NCBI GenBank assembly: GCA_963713605.1 | Contig: CAVQMO010000001.1 | Coordinates: 608,001-672,000, forward strand | Direction: 5' to 3' | Length of the DNA stretch: 64,000 bases | DNA from: an uncultured Nitrososphaerales archaeon | GTDB taxonomy: Archaea; Thermoproteota; Nitrososphaeria; Nitrososphaerales; Nitrososphaeraceae | Shown here: piece by piece, positions 12,678 through 22,836 of the stretch | Numbering within the stretch: the stretch's first letter is position 1 | Layout of the letters: each line of letters opens with the position of its first letter | Translations under genes and position numbers: made by a program | The notes under the pieces: generated by a model | Database searches by the model: none | What the model saw: only the letters and a program-made list of their open reading frames with translations | What the model was told of the DNA's origin: nothing

Positions 12678-13454
12678 ATGAAACGAACTATTGTGTCATA
12701 CATGGTAGCAACAATTCTGTCACTAATGGCAATTGGTGGCCTAGCGATGCCTTCATTGCCAATAATGGCACAGGTACAACCGGTAGCAACTAACGCCGCA
12801 TGTGGACAGGTTGTCAGCGGATTGGTAAACCTAACAGCAAATCTTGACTGTAGCGGAGACGGTCTCATTATTGGTGGCGATAATACGGTGATAAACATGA
12901 ACGGATACTCAATCACTGGACCTGGTCCTGATAGCTCTAAGGTTGGAATAATGGTTCCCAACAACGATAACGTCGTCATTAACGGGCCAGGTTCGATAAG
13001 TAACTTCCAAGCTGGCGTCCTTGTTACGGGTGCCAACGGAATGAAGATGTCATCTCTGATATTAGACAGTAATCAAATCGGCGTATTCATGACAGGTTCT
13101 GAGAATACGGAGATACAACAGAATATTGTTAAACAAAACAATCTTGGTGTGGCTACACATTCTAGCTCAGGCGCTACATTGACCTCCAACTTGATGAGCG
13201 GAAATATTCTTGCAGGAATTACGTATGTGAATACCAAACAATCTGAGGTTTCAATGAACAATATTGACGGAAGCCAAAATGGCGCATTCTTTGATGCACA
13301 GAGCTCAGGGAATAGCGTCGTGGCAAATAATGTTCTAGAAAATGTCATCGATGTGAACAATGCCAACGGCCTGCCACCTAACATAAACAACAACCAGTTT
13401 ATCGACAACAATTGCCAAGTAAGCAATCCAAGCGGGATCTGTATAGGCAGATAG
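12678..13454 (+). CDS. Secreted right-handed parallel beta-helix (NosD-like) protein
   Basis: Signal peptide; Asn/Gly-rich beta-helix repeats. Confidence 0.75.
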   Translation: MKRTIVSYMVATILSLMAIGGLAMPSLPIMAQVQPVATNAACGQVVSGLVNLTANLDCSGDGLIIGGDNTVINMNGYSITGPGPDSSKVGIMVPNNDNVVINGPGSISNFQAGVLVTGANGMKMSSLILDSNQIGVFMTGSENTEIQQNIVKQNNLGVATHSSSGATLTSNLMSGNILAGITYVNTKQSEVSMNNIDGSQNGAFFDAQSSGNSVVANNVLENVIDVNNANGLPPNINNNQFIDNNCQVSNPSGICIGR

Positions 13455-13611
13455 GTAATATCTGCTGACAGACAGAAAAGGTGATCAAATTCACCATAAT
13501 TTTTTTATAATATTTTGACTATTCGAGTATCCGAGAATATTATTCTAACTGTACTTTCCAATAGAATAGAAGGTAGAAATAAATAAATCTAATGACAAAT
13601 CTTGTTCATCA

Positions 13612-14109
13612 ATGAACAAATTTACGAAGCGATCAGTCATAATGACCTTAATGGGTTTTGCTATTATAGCTACAGTTTCGAGCATGCAGCTTATACCAAA
13701 TCTCTATGTCCCAAGCGTTCATGCACAACAGATTCCTATGACTTCGTCTAATTCTACAAATCTTTCTCCATTATCCAACTTGAGCATGGCGGATCAAACA
13801 GGAGAGTCTCTAATAAAGTCATTTGGTCCCCAGTCGCAAATGCAAGCCGTGATTAGGGAGTTAGAAAATACAAACGCGACTAGTTTTGCCGCACGTCAGC
13901 AGATTGAAACACTTACTAATGAAACGGCTGACAATATGTCCAATAATACTGGATTGACAGGAATAGAGAACATGACCGGCGGGGATGCAGCTAATGACAC
14001 AGCTATGAGGGCCGTTATCGACCAGACCGTAAATACTAATGCGACAGGATTTGCGGCAGATAACGTAATAAACATGACAAGTCCTGAGTCTGCCGGCCCT
14101 CAAGGCTAG
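13612..14109 (+). CDS. Secreted hypothetical protein with internal repeat
   Basis: Signal peptide; MQAVIRELENTNATSFAA / MRAVIDQTVNTNATGFAA. Confidence 0.65.
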   Translation: MNKFTKRSVIMTLMGFAIIATVSSMQLIPNLYVPSVHAQQIPMTSSNSTNLSPLSNLSMADQTGESLIKSFGPQSQMQAVIRELENTNATSFAARQQIETLTNETADNMSNNTGLTGIENMTGGDAANDTAMRAVIDQTVNTNATGFAADNVINMTSPESAGPQG

Positions 14110-14255
14110 TCATGAATAAGAGATGTTGCTAGGCTAGCCAGCAATTGGATGACATCCTGAGAGATTGCCTAAGGAATTACGTCTACGTATCTAAATTATT
14201 ATATTTTGTTTGAGGAAGGCAAATCGTCCATTCGCGAACAAGTATCCCCTCAGTG

Positions 14256-14420
14256 TTAAAGAGTTGAATACCTATCCTGGACCCTGTACCGAACGTATTT
14301 ATCATCTGGGGAATATCGCGGCGGATGTGGATTGATGGTTATAGAACCACAAACCGGACAAGTTGGTTTCAACGTATATTTAGAGCAGCCTTTGCAGAGT
14401 CTAATAAGATGTTTCTTCAT
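14256..14420 (-). CDS. nop10: H/ACA RNP protein Nop10
   Basis: Manual translation MKKHLIRLCKGCSKYTLKPTCPVCG...PHPPRYSPDDKYVRYR; immediately downstream of aIF2-alpha, a conserved archaeal synteny. Confidence 0.92.
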   Translation of the reverse strand: MKKHLIRLCKGCSKYTLKPTCPVCGSITINPHPPRYSPDDKYVRYRVQDRYSTL

Positions 14421-14422
14421 GC

Positions 14423-15226
14423 CTACGAGTGAACCTTTTTGGATTGGTCTCTCTTAAATTCAAAGGTTCCCTTTTCCTGATTGATTGCACTTTTGATTTT
14501 TTCTAGGGCATTGTTCAATATCTTTTCTGCACTCTTAAAATTATCTGCTTTAACGACCATTCTGTATTTAGGAGCTGAAATATAAGTTATACTGATGGTA
14601 GTGTTTGCTTTTGACATTTCCACGGAGCCGAGTAGATTCTTTATCCTTTCTATGCCGTCTGCCTTGTTGAGAGATATTTCAAGAATTCCCATTATTTCTA
14701 CGTGAGGTATTTGGATCTTGTTACTCTCTATATCGATTGCTTTCATTATTTCTTCAGAAAAGCCCAAACTACGAATAGAATCGATCCCCTTCCTGGAAAC
14801 AGTCTCAAACAAATCATAGACGAGATCAAATTTCTTTAGGATTTCGTCTTCCAGGTTATCCAATTCAGAATCTGACAAGTTTGCCTTTTTCTTTACGATA
14901 TCCATGAATGCTGAGGCTTTTTCATTTTTCTTAACTTCTATCAGCTTCGACTTCCTTTCGTCGCCGGTAACCTGCTTAAGCGACAAGTCCACTTCAGCCC
15001 TTGACTTGTTTACTCGTATGACCTTCAAAACGGTCTTCTGTTTAGGTCGGATGTACCTTTCGATGTTTCTGATCCATCCTGTAGCTATCTCGGAAATATG
15101 GAGAAAGCCAATCGTTTCGTCGTATTCATCAAGAGTTATATAAGCTCCATGACCAGTCACCTCCTTTATCGTCACTAAAACGATTTCCCCTTCTTCAGGA
15201 AGCCGTCTGACCTCGGCAGTCATCAT
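14423..15226 (-). CDS. eif2a: Translation initiation factor 2 subunit alpha
   Basis: S1 domain (LPEEGEIV, LHISEIATGWIRNI, VDLSLK), APKYR. Confidence 0.95.
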   Translation of the reverse strand: MMTAEVRRLPEEGEIVLVTIKEVTGHGAYITLDEYDETIGFLHISEIATGWIRNIERYIRPKQKTVLKVIRVNKSRAEVDLSLKQVTGDERKSKLIEVKKNEKASAFMDIVKKKANLSDSELDNLEDEILKKFDLVYDLFETVSRKGIDSIRSLGFSEEIMKAIDIESNKIQIPHVEIMGILEISLNKADGIERIKNLLGSVEMSKANTTISITYISAPKYRMVVKADNFKSAEKILNNALEKIKSAINQEKGTFEFKRDQSKKVHS

Positions 15227-15456
15227 TTATAACGGTAAACGCCACACTTCGGCTACTTTAACGTTGCCATTAGACTAACGAGCGCAGGATTTGAACAAGA
15301 AGTGGGATCAATTAATGCATTCTGAGTTTTATGACAATCTAAGTTTTGGTCCAGTGGTGACAGATTTAGTGAAGGTAGGGTTACTTACTCTTGCGCAGCG
15401 TCCTAGTAGAGATCGTACCCAAGTGTGAAAATACGGCTAACAAAAGGACCCAATAC

Positions 15457-16006
15457 CTAATAGTCAATGCCCTTCATTGCCTTTACACCATTCCGAAATG
15501 GATGTTTTATTTCTTTCATTTCTGTGACCATGTCAGCAAGTTCTATTAGTCTTGTTGGTGCATAGTTTCCTGTTAGGATTAATGAGGTTCGTCTTGCCTT
15601 GCATTTCAAGAGATCAAGGGCGTCTTCGATAACAATGAGCTTTAACTTCAAAGCATAGTTAATTTCATCTAGGATCACCAAATCGTAATCCCCCGAGCTG
15701 ATTTTCCTCTTCGCGATATCTACGGCTAAGCTTTGCGGCTGCTTGATGCTCTTCCAAAGGAAGATCATCATCAATGATCCCGACAAATCCCCTACCCGAT
15801 ACTACCATGTCAAATTCTGGTTCGAGCCTTTTTGAGCTTGTTAGTTCCCCATAATACCATTCTCCCTTGATGAATTGAATCATCGCTACCCTCCGACCAT
15901 GTCCAACTGATCGCAAAACAATCCCTAGCGCTGCACTTGTCTTTCCCTTCCCCTTCCCAGTAAAGATTACAACTATTCCTTCTTCTTTTTCTTCTCCTTC
16001 AGTCAT
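15457..16006 (-). CDS. cobO: Cob(I)yrinic acid a,c-diamide adenosyltransferase, frameshift near 15725
   Basis: TGKGKGKTSAALG, QFIKG, LDEINYA, KHPF..G..GIDY. Confidence 0.9.
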
Positions 16007-16138
16007 ACTAGTTTGTTATCCGTACATCGAAGGGATTGTAATATATTTGATGTCGAGTTCGAATTTGCTTATACGTCGCTTGCAGCGATAGGATTAATCT
16101 GTTTGTGTTCTTCATAAACGAATATACAACGATATCAT

Positions 16139-16663
16139 TTGCAAGTTATTGCATATAACTGGCTCATGAAAAGAATACTGCATTCCTTGCAAATGATGGC
16201 GGGTAAAGTATGCGAGTTCGTCCTTCCCATACGATTATCATATGAAATGGGAAACGGCAAAACCCTTGCTATCTGCACACTCTCAGACATGAGTCTTCTT
16301 AAGGAAATTATTTCCAGTAAGGATATTATGCGCAGGATTTTCCTTGTCGGAAGACTTCTCTCTGAAAATCGGGGTATCGATAATATTCTTGAGACCATTC
16401 ATACTTCCCCTCAAATGAGGTATTTGATTTTATGTGGGAGAGATGTCAAGGGACATCTACCTGGACAAGCCCTGATTTCGTTGTACAAATACGGAACTAG
16501 AGACAACGGGTATATAGTAGGTGCAAGAGGGAGTAATCCCACACTAAAATCGACCAAGGAAGCGATTATGTACTTCAGGACTAATATCGAAATAGTCGAC
16601 CTTATTGGTAGTAGGGATATCTGGCAATTAAAACTCCTAATAGACGAATTAATCGGACAATAA
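16139..16663 (+). CDS. MtrA-like corrinoid-binding domain protein
   Basis: GRLLSENRGID, YLILCGRDVKGHLPGQALISL match the MtrA core including the His ligand; no C-terminal TM anchor. Confidence 0.75.
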   Translation: MQVIAYNWLMKRILHSLQMMAGKVCEFVLPIRLSYEMGNGKTLAICTLSDMSLLKEIISSKDIMRRIFLVGRLLSENRGIDNILETIHTSPQMRYLILCGRDVKGHLPGQALISLYKYGTRDNGYIVGARGSNPTLKSTKEAIMYFRTNIEIVDLIGSRDIWQLKLLIDELIGQ

Positions 16664-16780
16664 AAGTAGGCTGTTCTTAATAATCGTCAAGTAACCAACA
16701 ATGTAGAAAGCAGGGATCGAATCTGTTACAAATGATGATGATGTTAAGATGAGGCGTAACCAAATTAATGAACCAGCGAT

Positions 16781-17248
16781 TTAATGTAGGTCGTATCTCA
16801 TGGAGGTTTCATGTACTTTAAAACCCGTTTTCTGATAAAAACTGATGTTAGTGTCGGAACAATCCAACACAACCTTGTAGCAACCAGCTGCCTTCGCAAA
16901 ATGTAATGCGTGATTAATAAGTGCAGAGCCTATCCCGAGACCTTCGAATCCCTTGCGTGTTACGACGTCCTCAATGTGACCCGCCTTTCCCCCACTATGA
17001 ATAAATTTCTGCTCGACTAGCAATGTAGTCGCGCCCATCACCTCGCAGGTCTCTTTGTCTATCGCAACAAATATTCTGTGAAGTGGATTTGCACTAATAT
17101 TGTTTAGGATCTGTTCTGCTTTCTCTATATTCCCTTCAATGGTCCCTAATTCGGACAAATTCTTTAGCGTGGAGAAGTATCCGTTTTTTAGGTCGCCTAT
17201 TTCAATTTCTCTTATTTCGAATTTTAGGTCTTCCTTGCTCTTGTTCAT
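16781..17248 (-). CDS. GNAT acetyltransferase (glucosamine-6-P N-acetyltransferase-like)
   Basis: EQKFIH.GG..GHIEDVV, GCYKVVLDC. Confidence 0.85.
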   Translation of the reverse strand: MNKSKEDLKFEIREIEIGDLKNGYFSTLKNLSELGTIEGNIEKAEQILNNISANPLHRIFVAIDKETCEVMGATTLLVEQKFIHSGGKAGHIEDVVTRKGFEGLGIGSALINHALHFAKAAGCYKVVLDCSDTNISFYQKTGFKVHETSMRYDLH

Positions 17249-17316
17249 AAAACTTCCTCCAACAAGATGAGCATTGAACCAAACTTATACCTTGACACGA
17301 GACCGTTTCTCATCGT

Positions 17317-18421
17317 TTAGTGAGCCCTAATTCGCTTGTGTTTGCTGCTTTGATGATGATGAAGATATGCTAGCTTCATCTCCTCTACCCATGCATTTTT
17401 CATCTTGTATAACCTCTTTTGCTCGCGAGGCTTACACTCAGCCATAATAAATGCTGCCCAAGATGGGAAAATAAACTGATGAATCTCCGTAAACTATCAC
17501 ATTTCCCTCGTGTGCAGATTTGATTTTCCCCCAGCTTTTGCCCTCTTGTAGTGTGGCGCCGGACAGTCCTCCAGTGTCAGGACGGGCATCTGTGAATTGG
17601 ACGAGATAATCCTGTCCCCCTTCTTTTAACTTAAGGATTTGGAACAGAGCAGGGCCGGTCTGTTGGAAGAAGTTCTTAGGAACCCCTCCTCCTAGTTCAA
17701 TTCCTCCAGATATCTTATTCTTCCAAAGAATAGCTGCTGATTCTGCGACATCCAATATCACGTTAGGGCTAATTGGTTTGTCTTCAAGGAGAAGAGGAAG
17801 CATATTTAGCCCAATCGAAGAATCGGCTACAGCAGGTAGGTAAATCGGTACGTCGTTTTCGTATGCACACACTGTGAAAGATTTTTCAGGATGTGCTGAG
17901 TTTTTTCTTGCTGACTTCCCTAATATGTTACACAAGTCGGCTGTTGATGAATTGTCAGGCAGAATTTGTCTATCAGTTTCTATTGCTGCTTTGATGATCT
18001 CGTCTTGTTTCTGCAGTGTACCAATCTCCTTGATAAATACGTCATAAATTCGGACAATCTGTTTCGAATATAGAATATTGTCATCCACGTCGAAATATCC
18101 TTGTCTTACGGGCAGATCGTAGGCAAAGTGAAGATCATGGTAAACATTAGCGCCTGTAGAAACAATCCAATCTATAAAACCATGTTCTATCAAGGTCGAA
18201 ATTGCTTTCCCCAGTCCAATTGGAGCAAGCGCACCTGCTAGTGTCAAGCAAACGCATGCTCCATCATCGATCATCCGCTTAGTGATCTGTAAAGCATCGT
18301 AGAGTCGCCGAGCATTGAAACCTGTTGCTCCAAAATATTCTACTAAATCGCGAACGTCCATATCACTTGAAATTGAGGGAGGGTCTATTTTACGCCCAGA
18401 AAAGTTGTGAAATCTGTTCAC
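17317..18421 (-). CDS. Deoxyhypusine synthase-like protein (paralogue 1), frameshift near 17458
   Basis: STGANVYHDLH, GGGVPKNF, TGGLSGATLQEGKSWGKI; C-terminus continues in another frame (..ECKPREQKRLYK..) to stop at 17317. Confidence 0.85.
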
Positions 18422-18544
18422 TTCCTTAGGGTGTCATGATAATCACTTTAAAATGTATGTGCCATGGTACGAGAATTGCAAATTTCTGTCTAATGTGATG
18501 CAGGTTCGGGAAGGCTTAAAAATATCGAACGTATTGTTGAGAAT

Positions 18545-18895
18545 ATGCATGATTCAAATATCAATGACGACAACGAGCATCCCCCTTCCAAAGATAATTT
18601 TTATTGGGTTGACAGTTTCCCTGTTAGTTCTAAAGAAGAGCTTCCTGGAAGAAAAACTGACGAGGAGCTCCGTAAACTTGTAGCATCTAAACTAAAGAGC
18701 ATACCTCAAAATGACACCAGTGGAGTCGTTATCAATGTTGTAGACCAAATAGTATCCATCACAGGATCAGTACAAACTTATGAACAAAAGCGCCGGATTG
18801 GGGAAGAAATTTGGAAGATAGAAGGTGTTGTAAAGGTCCTGAATGAACTCCATGTTAGAGAACCTTCTACGGCAGGTCCAGCACGAAGGGACTAA
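18545..18895 (+). CDS. BON domain protein
   Basis: TDEEL...VSITGSV...KIEGVVKVLNELHV. Confidence 0.8.
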   Translation: MHDSNINDDNEHPPSKDNFYWVDSFPVSSKEELPGRKTDEELRKLVASKLKSIPQNDTSGVVINVVDQIVSITGSVQTYEQKRRIGEEIWKIEGVVKVLNELHVREPSTAGPARRD

Positions 18896-19115
18896 AAGGC
18901 AGGCTCTAAAATCAAATGCTCATCTAATAAACCAGAATAGTATCGCCATCGCCATCATACCAAAATGTTAAGATTCGGATTGACCTTCTCGACTATGAAG
19001 CAAGTCTGCCAAGGTTGACTTAAAGGGTATTAGTGTAATTATGTATTAGTTGTAATTAGTTTAAATAAAATTGGAATCATGAAAGGTATTTTATACGTCT
19101 GAAACAACGAGAAAC

Positions 19116-20144
19116 GTGGGCAGCACAAATAAGATAAATCGTCCTAAGATAAGAACTGGTTCGCGACTGAACCCAAAAGGCAGCAAGCCCCGAAAAAGCT
19201 CTTCGAATGACCTGTTAAGAAGACCCATACATGATTACGACCCGTTTGACTATTCAGATATCTCCCTATTGATCGATAGAATGATGAATTCGGGAGGTTT
19301 TGAGGCAGTTAACCTCGCAAGTGGCATTGAAATCCTGAAAACAATGCAAGGTGATGGAAAATGCGTAAAGTTTCTCTCCTTCGTGGGTGCAATTGTCTCC
19401 ACAGGCACTCGAGGAATAATACGTGAGTTGACAAAAGAACACGCTTTTGATTGTATTGTAACAACCTGTGGTGCGTTGGACCACGATATCGCACGAACCT
19501 CTGCGAAATATTATGCTGGAGATTTTAGACTAAACGACTCTACTCTCTTGAAGGAGGGTATTCATAGGTTGGGCAATGTGTTAATACCTTTTGCAAATTA
19601 TGGAACCGTCATTGAAAAGAAAGTCAGAGCCTGTCTAGAAGAGTTGTATTTCAACCAGAACAAGAAATTTATTGCACCCTCCGAAATCCTGGATTTCGTG
19701 GGTAGCAAGTTAAATGAATCATCGTTTCTTTATTGGGCCAATAAGAACCGTATACCTGTAATAGTTCCTGGCATTGTCGATGGAGCTGTGGGTAGCCAGC
19801 TCTGGTTGTTCCATCAGGAACACCGAGATTTTGGCCTTGATCTTCTCAAAGATCAGAATTCCATTTCAGACATTGTTTACGATGCCAAACGAACTGGGGC
19901 ATTCATGATCGGGGGAGGGATCTCTAAACATCATACCCTGTGGTGGAATCAATTCAGAGGAGGATTAAATTACGCAGTATATTTGACTACCAGTCCAGAA
20001 TGGGACGGAAGTCTAAGTGGGGCGCTCGTTGAAGAAGCTGTGTCGTGGGGAAAGATAACTGCAAAAGCATCTCGTGTAACGATTCACGGCGAAGCCACCA
20101 CCTTATTGCCGTTTATTTACGCTGCGCTACACGAGAGAGCATGA
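19116..20144 (+). CDS. dys: Deoxyhypusine synthase
   Basis: TTCGALDHD, GGGISKHH, DGSLSGA..EAVSWGK with catalytic Lys. Confidence 0.9.
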   Translation: MGSTNKINRPKIRTGSRLNPKGSKPRKSSSNDLLRRPIHDYDPFDYSDISLLIDRMMNSGGFEAVNLASGIEILKTMQGDGKCVKFLSFVGAIVSTGTRGIIRELTKEHAFDCIVTTCGALDHDIARTSAKYYAGDFRLNDSTLLKEGIHRLGNVLIPFANYGTVIEKKVRACLEELYFNQNKKFIAPSEILDFVGSKLNESSFLYWANKNRIPVIVPGIVDGAVGSQLWLFHQEHRDFGLDLLKDQNSISDIVYDAKRTGAFMIGGGISKHHTLWWNQFRGGLNYAVYLTTSPEWDGSLSGALVEEAVSWGKITAKASRVTIHGEATTLLPFIYAALHERA

Positions 20145-20278
20145 ATGATTATTGCTTCTCACTTTAGCTTGTGCCAGATTGTGTAGAGATAATATGCCTT
20201 CTTAAGCGGGAACAACACATTTGTTAGACGATGATACCTGTCCCGAATAGAAATCGCAGATTTATTTCTGAAATCAGT

Positions 20279-20971
20279 CTACAGGGAAAATTTGGTGCAG
20301 AAATTTGAATACACTTGAACGCAATACTTTTTCAATTCACTAATATAGACTTCGGATTCTTTCGCCATTTTTAGTACATCGATTTTTTCAGAAACTACTT
20401 CCGACTTGTAGTTTCTTAACCAAGACTGTATCATATTTTCAGTTACTTCCAAATGAAATTGAATTCCAATTAGAGAACCTATAGCAAAAGCCTGTGGATA
20501 AATATCAGAACGAGCCAAGATTCTTGCAGCTTTAGGAAGAGAGTAAGTATCTCCATGCCACTGAAAAACAGTTGGGCTAGAATTGTGAAGCCCTGAAAAT
20601 AAACCCTCGCTTCCAGCACTTTCAATCATAATCTTGTGCCAACCAATTTCCTTTCTTGGTCCTTTGAAGACCGTTCCCCCAGAGGACTGCGCGATAATTT
20701 GTGAGCCTAAACATACTCCGAGCAAGGGTGTCTTCTTTTTACTGGCTATCTGTACGAGATTGATTTGGTCCTTTATGTAGTCACTGTCTTCATAAACCGA
20801 CATAGGGCCTCCTAAAATAACTATTGCACTATATGGGGTTGGATCTACTGGAATCCTGTGTTTCCTAGTGTTAACTTTTTCAATATCGAATCCGTCATTT
20901 AGAAATAAATCCTCAAAGTTACCTAAAGTCTCGCATGATATATTTTGCAGGCTTAGGATAGGTTTTCTCAT
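20279..20971 (-). CDS. Class I glutamine amidotransferase
   Basis: LGGPMSVY, GVCLGSQ, QWHGD, QFHLE. Confidence 0.9.
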   Translation of the reverse strand: MRKPILSLQNISCETLGNFEDLFLNDGFDIEKVNTRKHRIPVDPTPYSAIVILGGPMSVYEDSDYIKDQINLVQIASKKKTPLLGVCLGSQIIAQSSGGTVFKGPRKEIGWHKIMIESAGSEGLFSGLHNSSPTVFQWHGDTYSLPKAARILARSDIYPQAFAIGSLIGIQFHLEVTENMIQSWLRNYKSEVVSEKIDVLKMAKESEVYISELKKYCVQVYSNFCTKFSL

Positions 20972-21177
20972 CTATTCTGTATTCTTGAATCTTCTTTATT
21001 ATTCCTGTGTCAATACTAATCTAATACTTAGAAAATCAGGAGGGATCGAACGGGTAAATTGACGACCCAACTATTATTCACGATTATCAAATTTCTGATT
21101 TCGTAAACATGAGTTCCAAAAGATTCAACTTGCTAAACTTTAGTAAACCATAAGTACTAATACTTCTACCCTTTCGT

Positions 21178-22083
21178 ATGGAATTTTTCGACACAAGCAT
21201 TGTCGAACAAATTGAAATGAAAATGATAAGATCTTCTCAATTTGCTGTGCGCGATCGATTTCAGCGTATGTCAGATGACGATCATTGTCTAATTGCGAGC
21301 ATTAGAGAACACGGTCTCTTGCAACCGATTTTGATTCGACCCCTTTCTCATGGTTTTGAAATAGTTGCAGGTCATCGAAGATTTCATGCTTGCAGATCTT
21401 TGCGTTGGCGATTCATTCCTTGCAAGATTAGAGAACTGGCGGACAAAGAGGCATATGAAATTCAGTTAACTGAAAATATGCAAAGGAAATCGATGGACCC
21501 AATAGAGGAGGCAGAAGCATTCCGAAGATACGTTATTGATTTTGGGTGGGGGGGAGTTACTGAACTTGCCTCAAAAATTGGAAAGAGTGAAGAATATGTT
21601 TCGCACCGGATCCAACTTCTAAAACTTCCAGAAGAAGTAAAACAACACTTAATTGAGAACCGCCTGAATGTAAGCTCTGCATTGGAACTGACGAACGTCT
21701 CTTCTGAAAAGCAGAACCTGATTGTGCAAGAAATTAACTCAAGCAACATGACAGTGAAACAAATTAGAGAAATGAAGTCATTGATGAAAACCAAAACCAT
21801 TGCCACCAGTTCAGCCACCGATCAGTTCAGTCAAATGACCCCGAGACTACTAAACAGGAAATCACAGATATTGAAACTCACAAAAAAGACTATCCTGGCC
21901 CTTCGTATCACTTTAGCACGGATTGATAACCTCATTGACGAAGTTCATTCGACCGTTGAACCTGCTGAACGAGCGGAGATCGTTAGCTTTCTAATGGAAA
22001 CTAGGCTTAGAATTCATTCCTTAATTGATGAGACAATTAGATACAAGAACACCTGTATTCGAAAGGAAGATCCGAATTTGTAA
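21178..22083 (+). CDS. ParB/Spo0J family protein
   Basis: GLLQPI, VAGHRRFHA, ENMQRKSMDPIEEA, HTH ELASKIGKSEEYVS. Confidence 0.9.
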   Translation: MEFFDTSIVEQIEMKMIRSSQFAVRDRFQRMSDDDHCLIASIREHGLLQPILIRPLSHGFEIVAGHRRFHACRSLRWRFIPCKIRELADKEAYEIQLTENMQRKSMDPIEEAEAFRRYVIDFGWGGVTELASKIGKSEEYVSHRIQLLKLPEEVKQHLIENRLNVSSALELTNVSSEKQNLIVQEINSSNMTVKQIREMKSLMKTKTIATSSATDQFSQMTPRLLNRKSQILKLTKKTILALRITLARIDNLIDEVHSTVEPAERAEIVSFLMETRLRIHSLIDETIRYKNTCIRKEDPNL

Positions 22084-22111
22084 GAGGAATGAGCAGCAGA
22101 ACAGTTCTTGA

Positions 22112-22654
22112 CTATCGCCCAAGGAACGGAGGAATCCATTCATCAAGAAATCGCTTGTACTCCTCTGGAGTATGTGTGAGTGAATGATATGATGGTTCCT
22201 TCATCGGAGTAAAATCATATACTTCATATGACTGAATTATATCCCCAAAGAGGTTACGGTATATATCGCTCTCTTCATCAGCCATCTCCTCATTAAGGAA
22301 AGACTGTACGCAGATCCAGTCGTATCCTCCACGAGTACGTCCTGAGAAAAGCACAAAGGGTGCATCGGTTAAGTATTTCTTTAGACCTTCAATTCTGCTT
22401 GCGAGATGCTGCGAAAACTTGAATCTTACCAGTGCAACACGGATAATTCGACGACGGATCTTCTTGGTGTTTACTGAAATAGTGTAACCAGTTATCACAT
22501 CGTCATCTTCTAATCTCAAAATTCTTGACTCTATCTCATCTTCACTTAAATTATAGCCATGATCTCGAAGGAAATCCCATATTTCTCTTGTATCTTGTTT
22601 GGAATCCTTACTAAGAGCAGAAAGTATTACTTCATCAATATTGTCAATCATCAA
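22112..22654 (-). CDS. Lrp/AsnC family transcriptional regulator
   Basis: IDEVILSAL..DS, RILRLEDDDVITGY, RTRGGYDW. Confidence 0.8.
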   Translation of the reverse strand: MMIDNIDEVILSALSKDSKQDTREIWDFLRDHGYNLSEDEIESRILRLEDDDVITGYTISVNTKKIRRRIIRVALVRFKFSQHLASRIEGLKKYLTDAPFVLFSGRTRGGYDWICVQSFLNEEMADEESDIYRNLFGDIIQSYEVYDFTPMKEPSYHSLTHTPEEYKRFLDEWIPPFLGR

Positions 22655-22836
22655 GATAAATATGGACCTTGAATGCTAAAGCCGTTATTAAATATAATCT
22701 CTAATATACGTAGAATACGAAAATAACACAAATTATTCTTTACTGAAGTCAATTTCTTTCATATTGAGTCTCTAATCGTAGGGAACGTCATTTTATATAT
22801 ATTCATTTATATACTTTACAAATGGCGATCTAAATC

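Noticed and set aside
15278..15300. tRNA-like GTTCAAATCC on the minus strand
   Set aside because: The T-stem does not pair and no cloverleaf can be formed
16139..16663. Methanogenesis inferred from the MtrA-like gene
   Set aside because: No other mtr or mcr genes in the window and no membrane anchor
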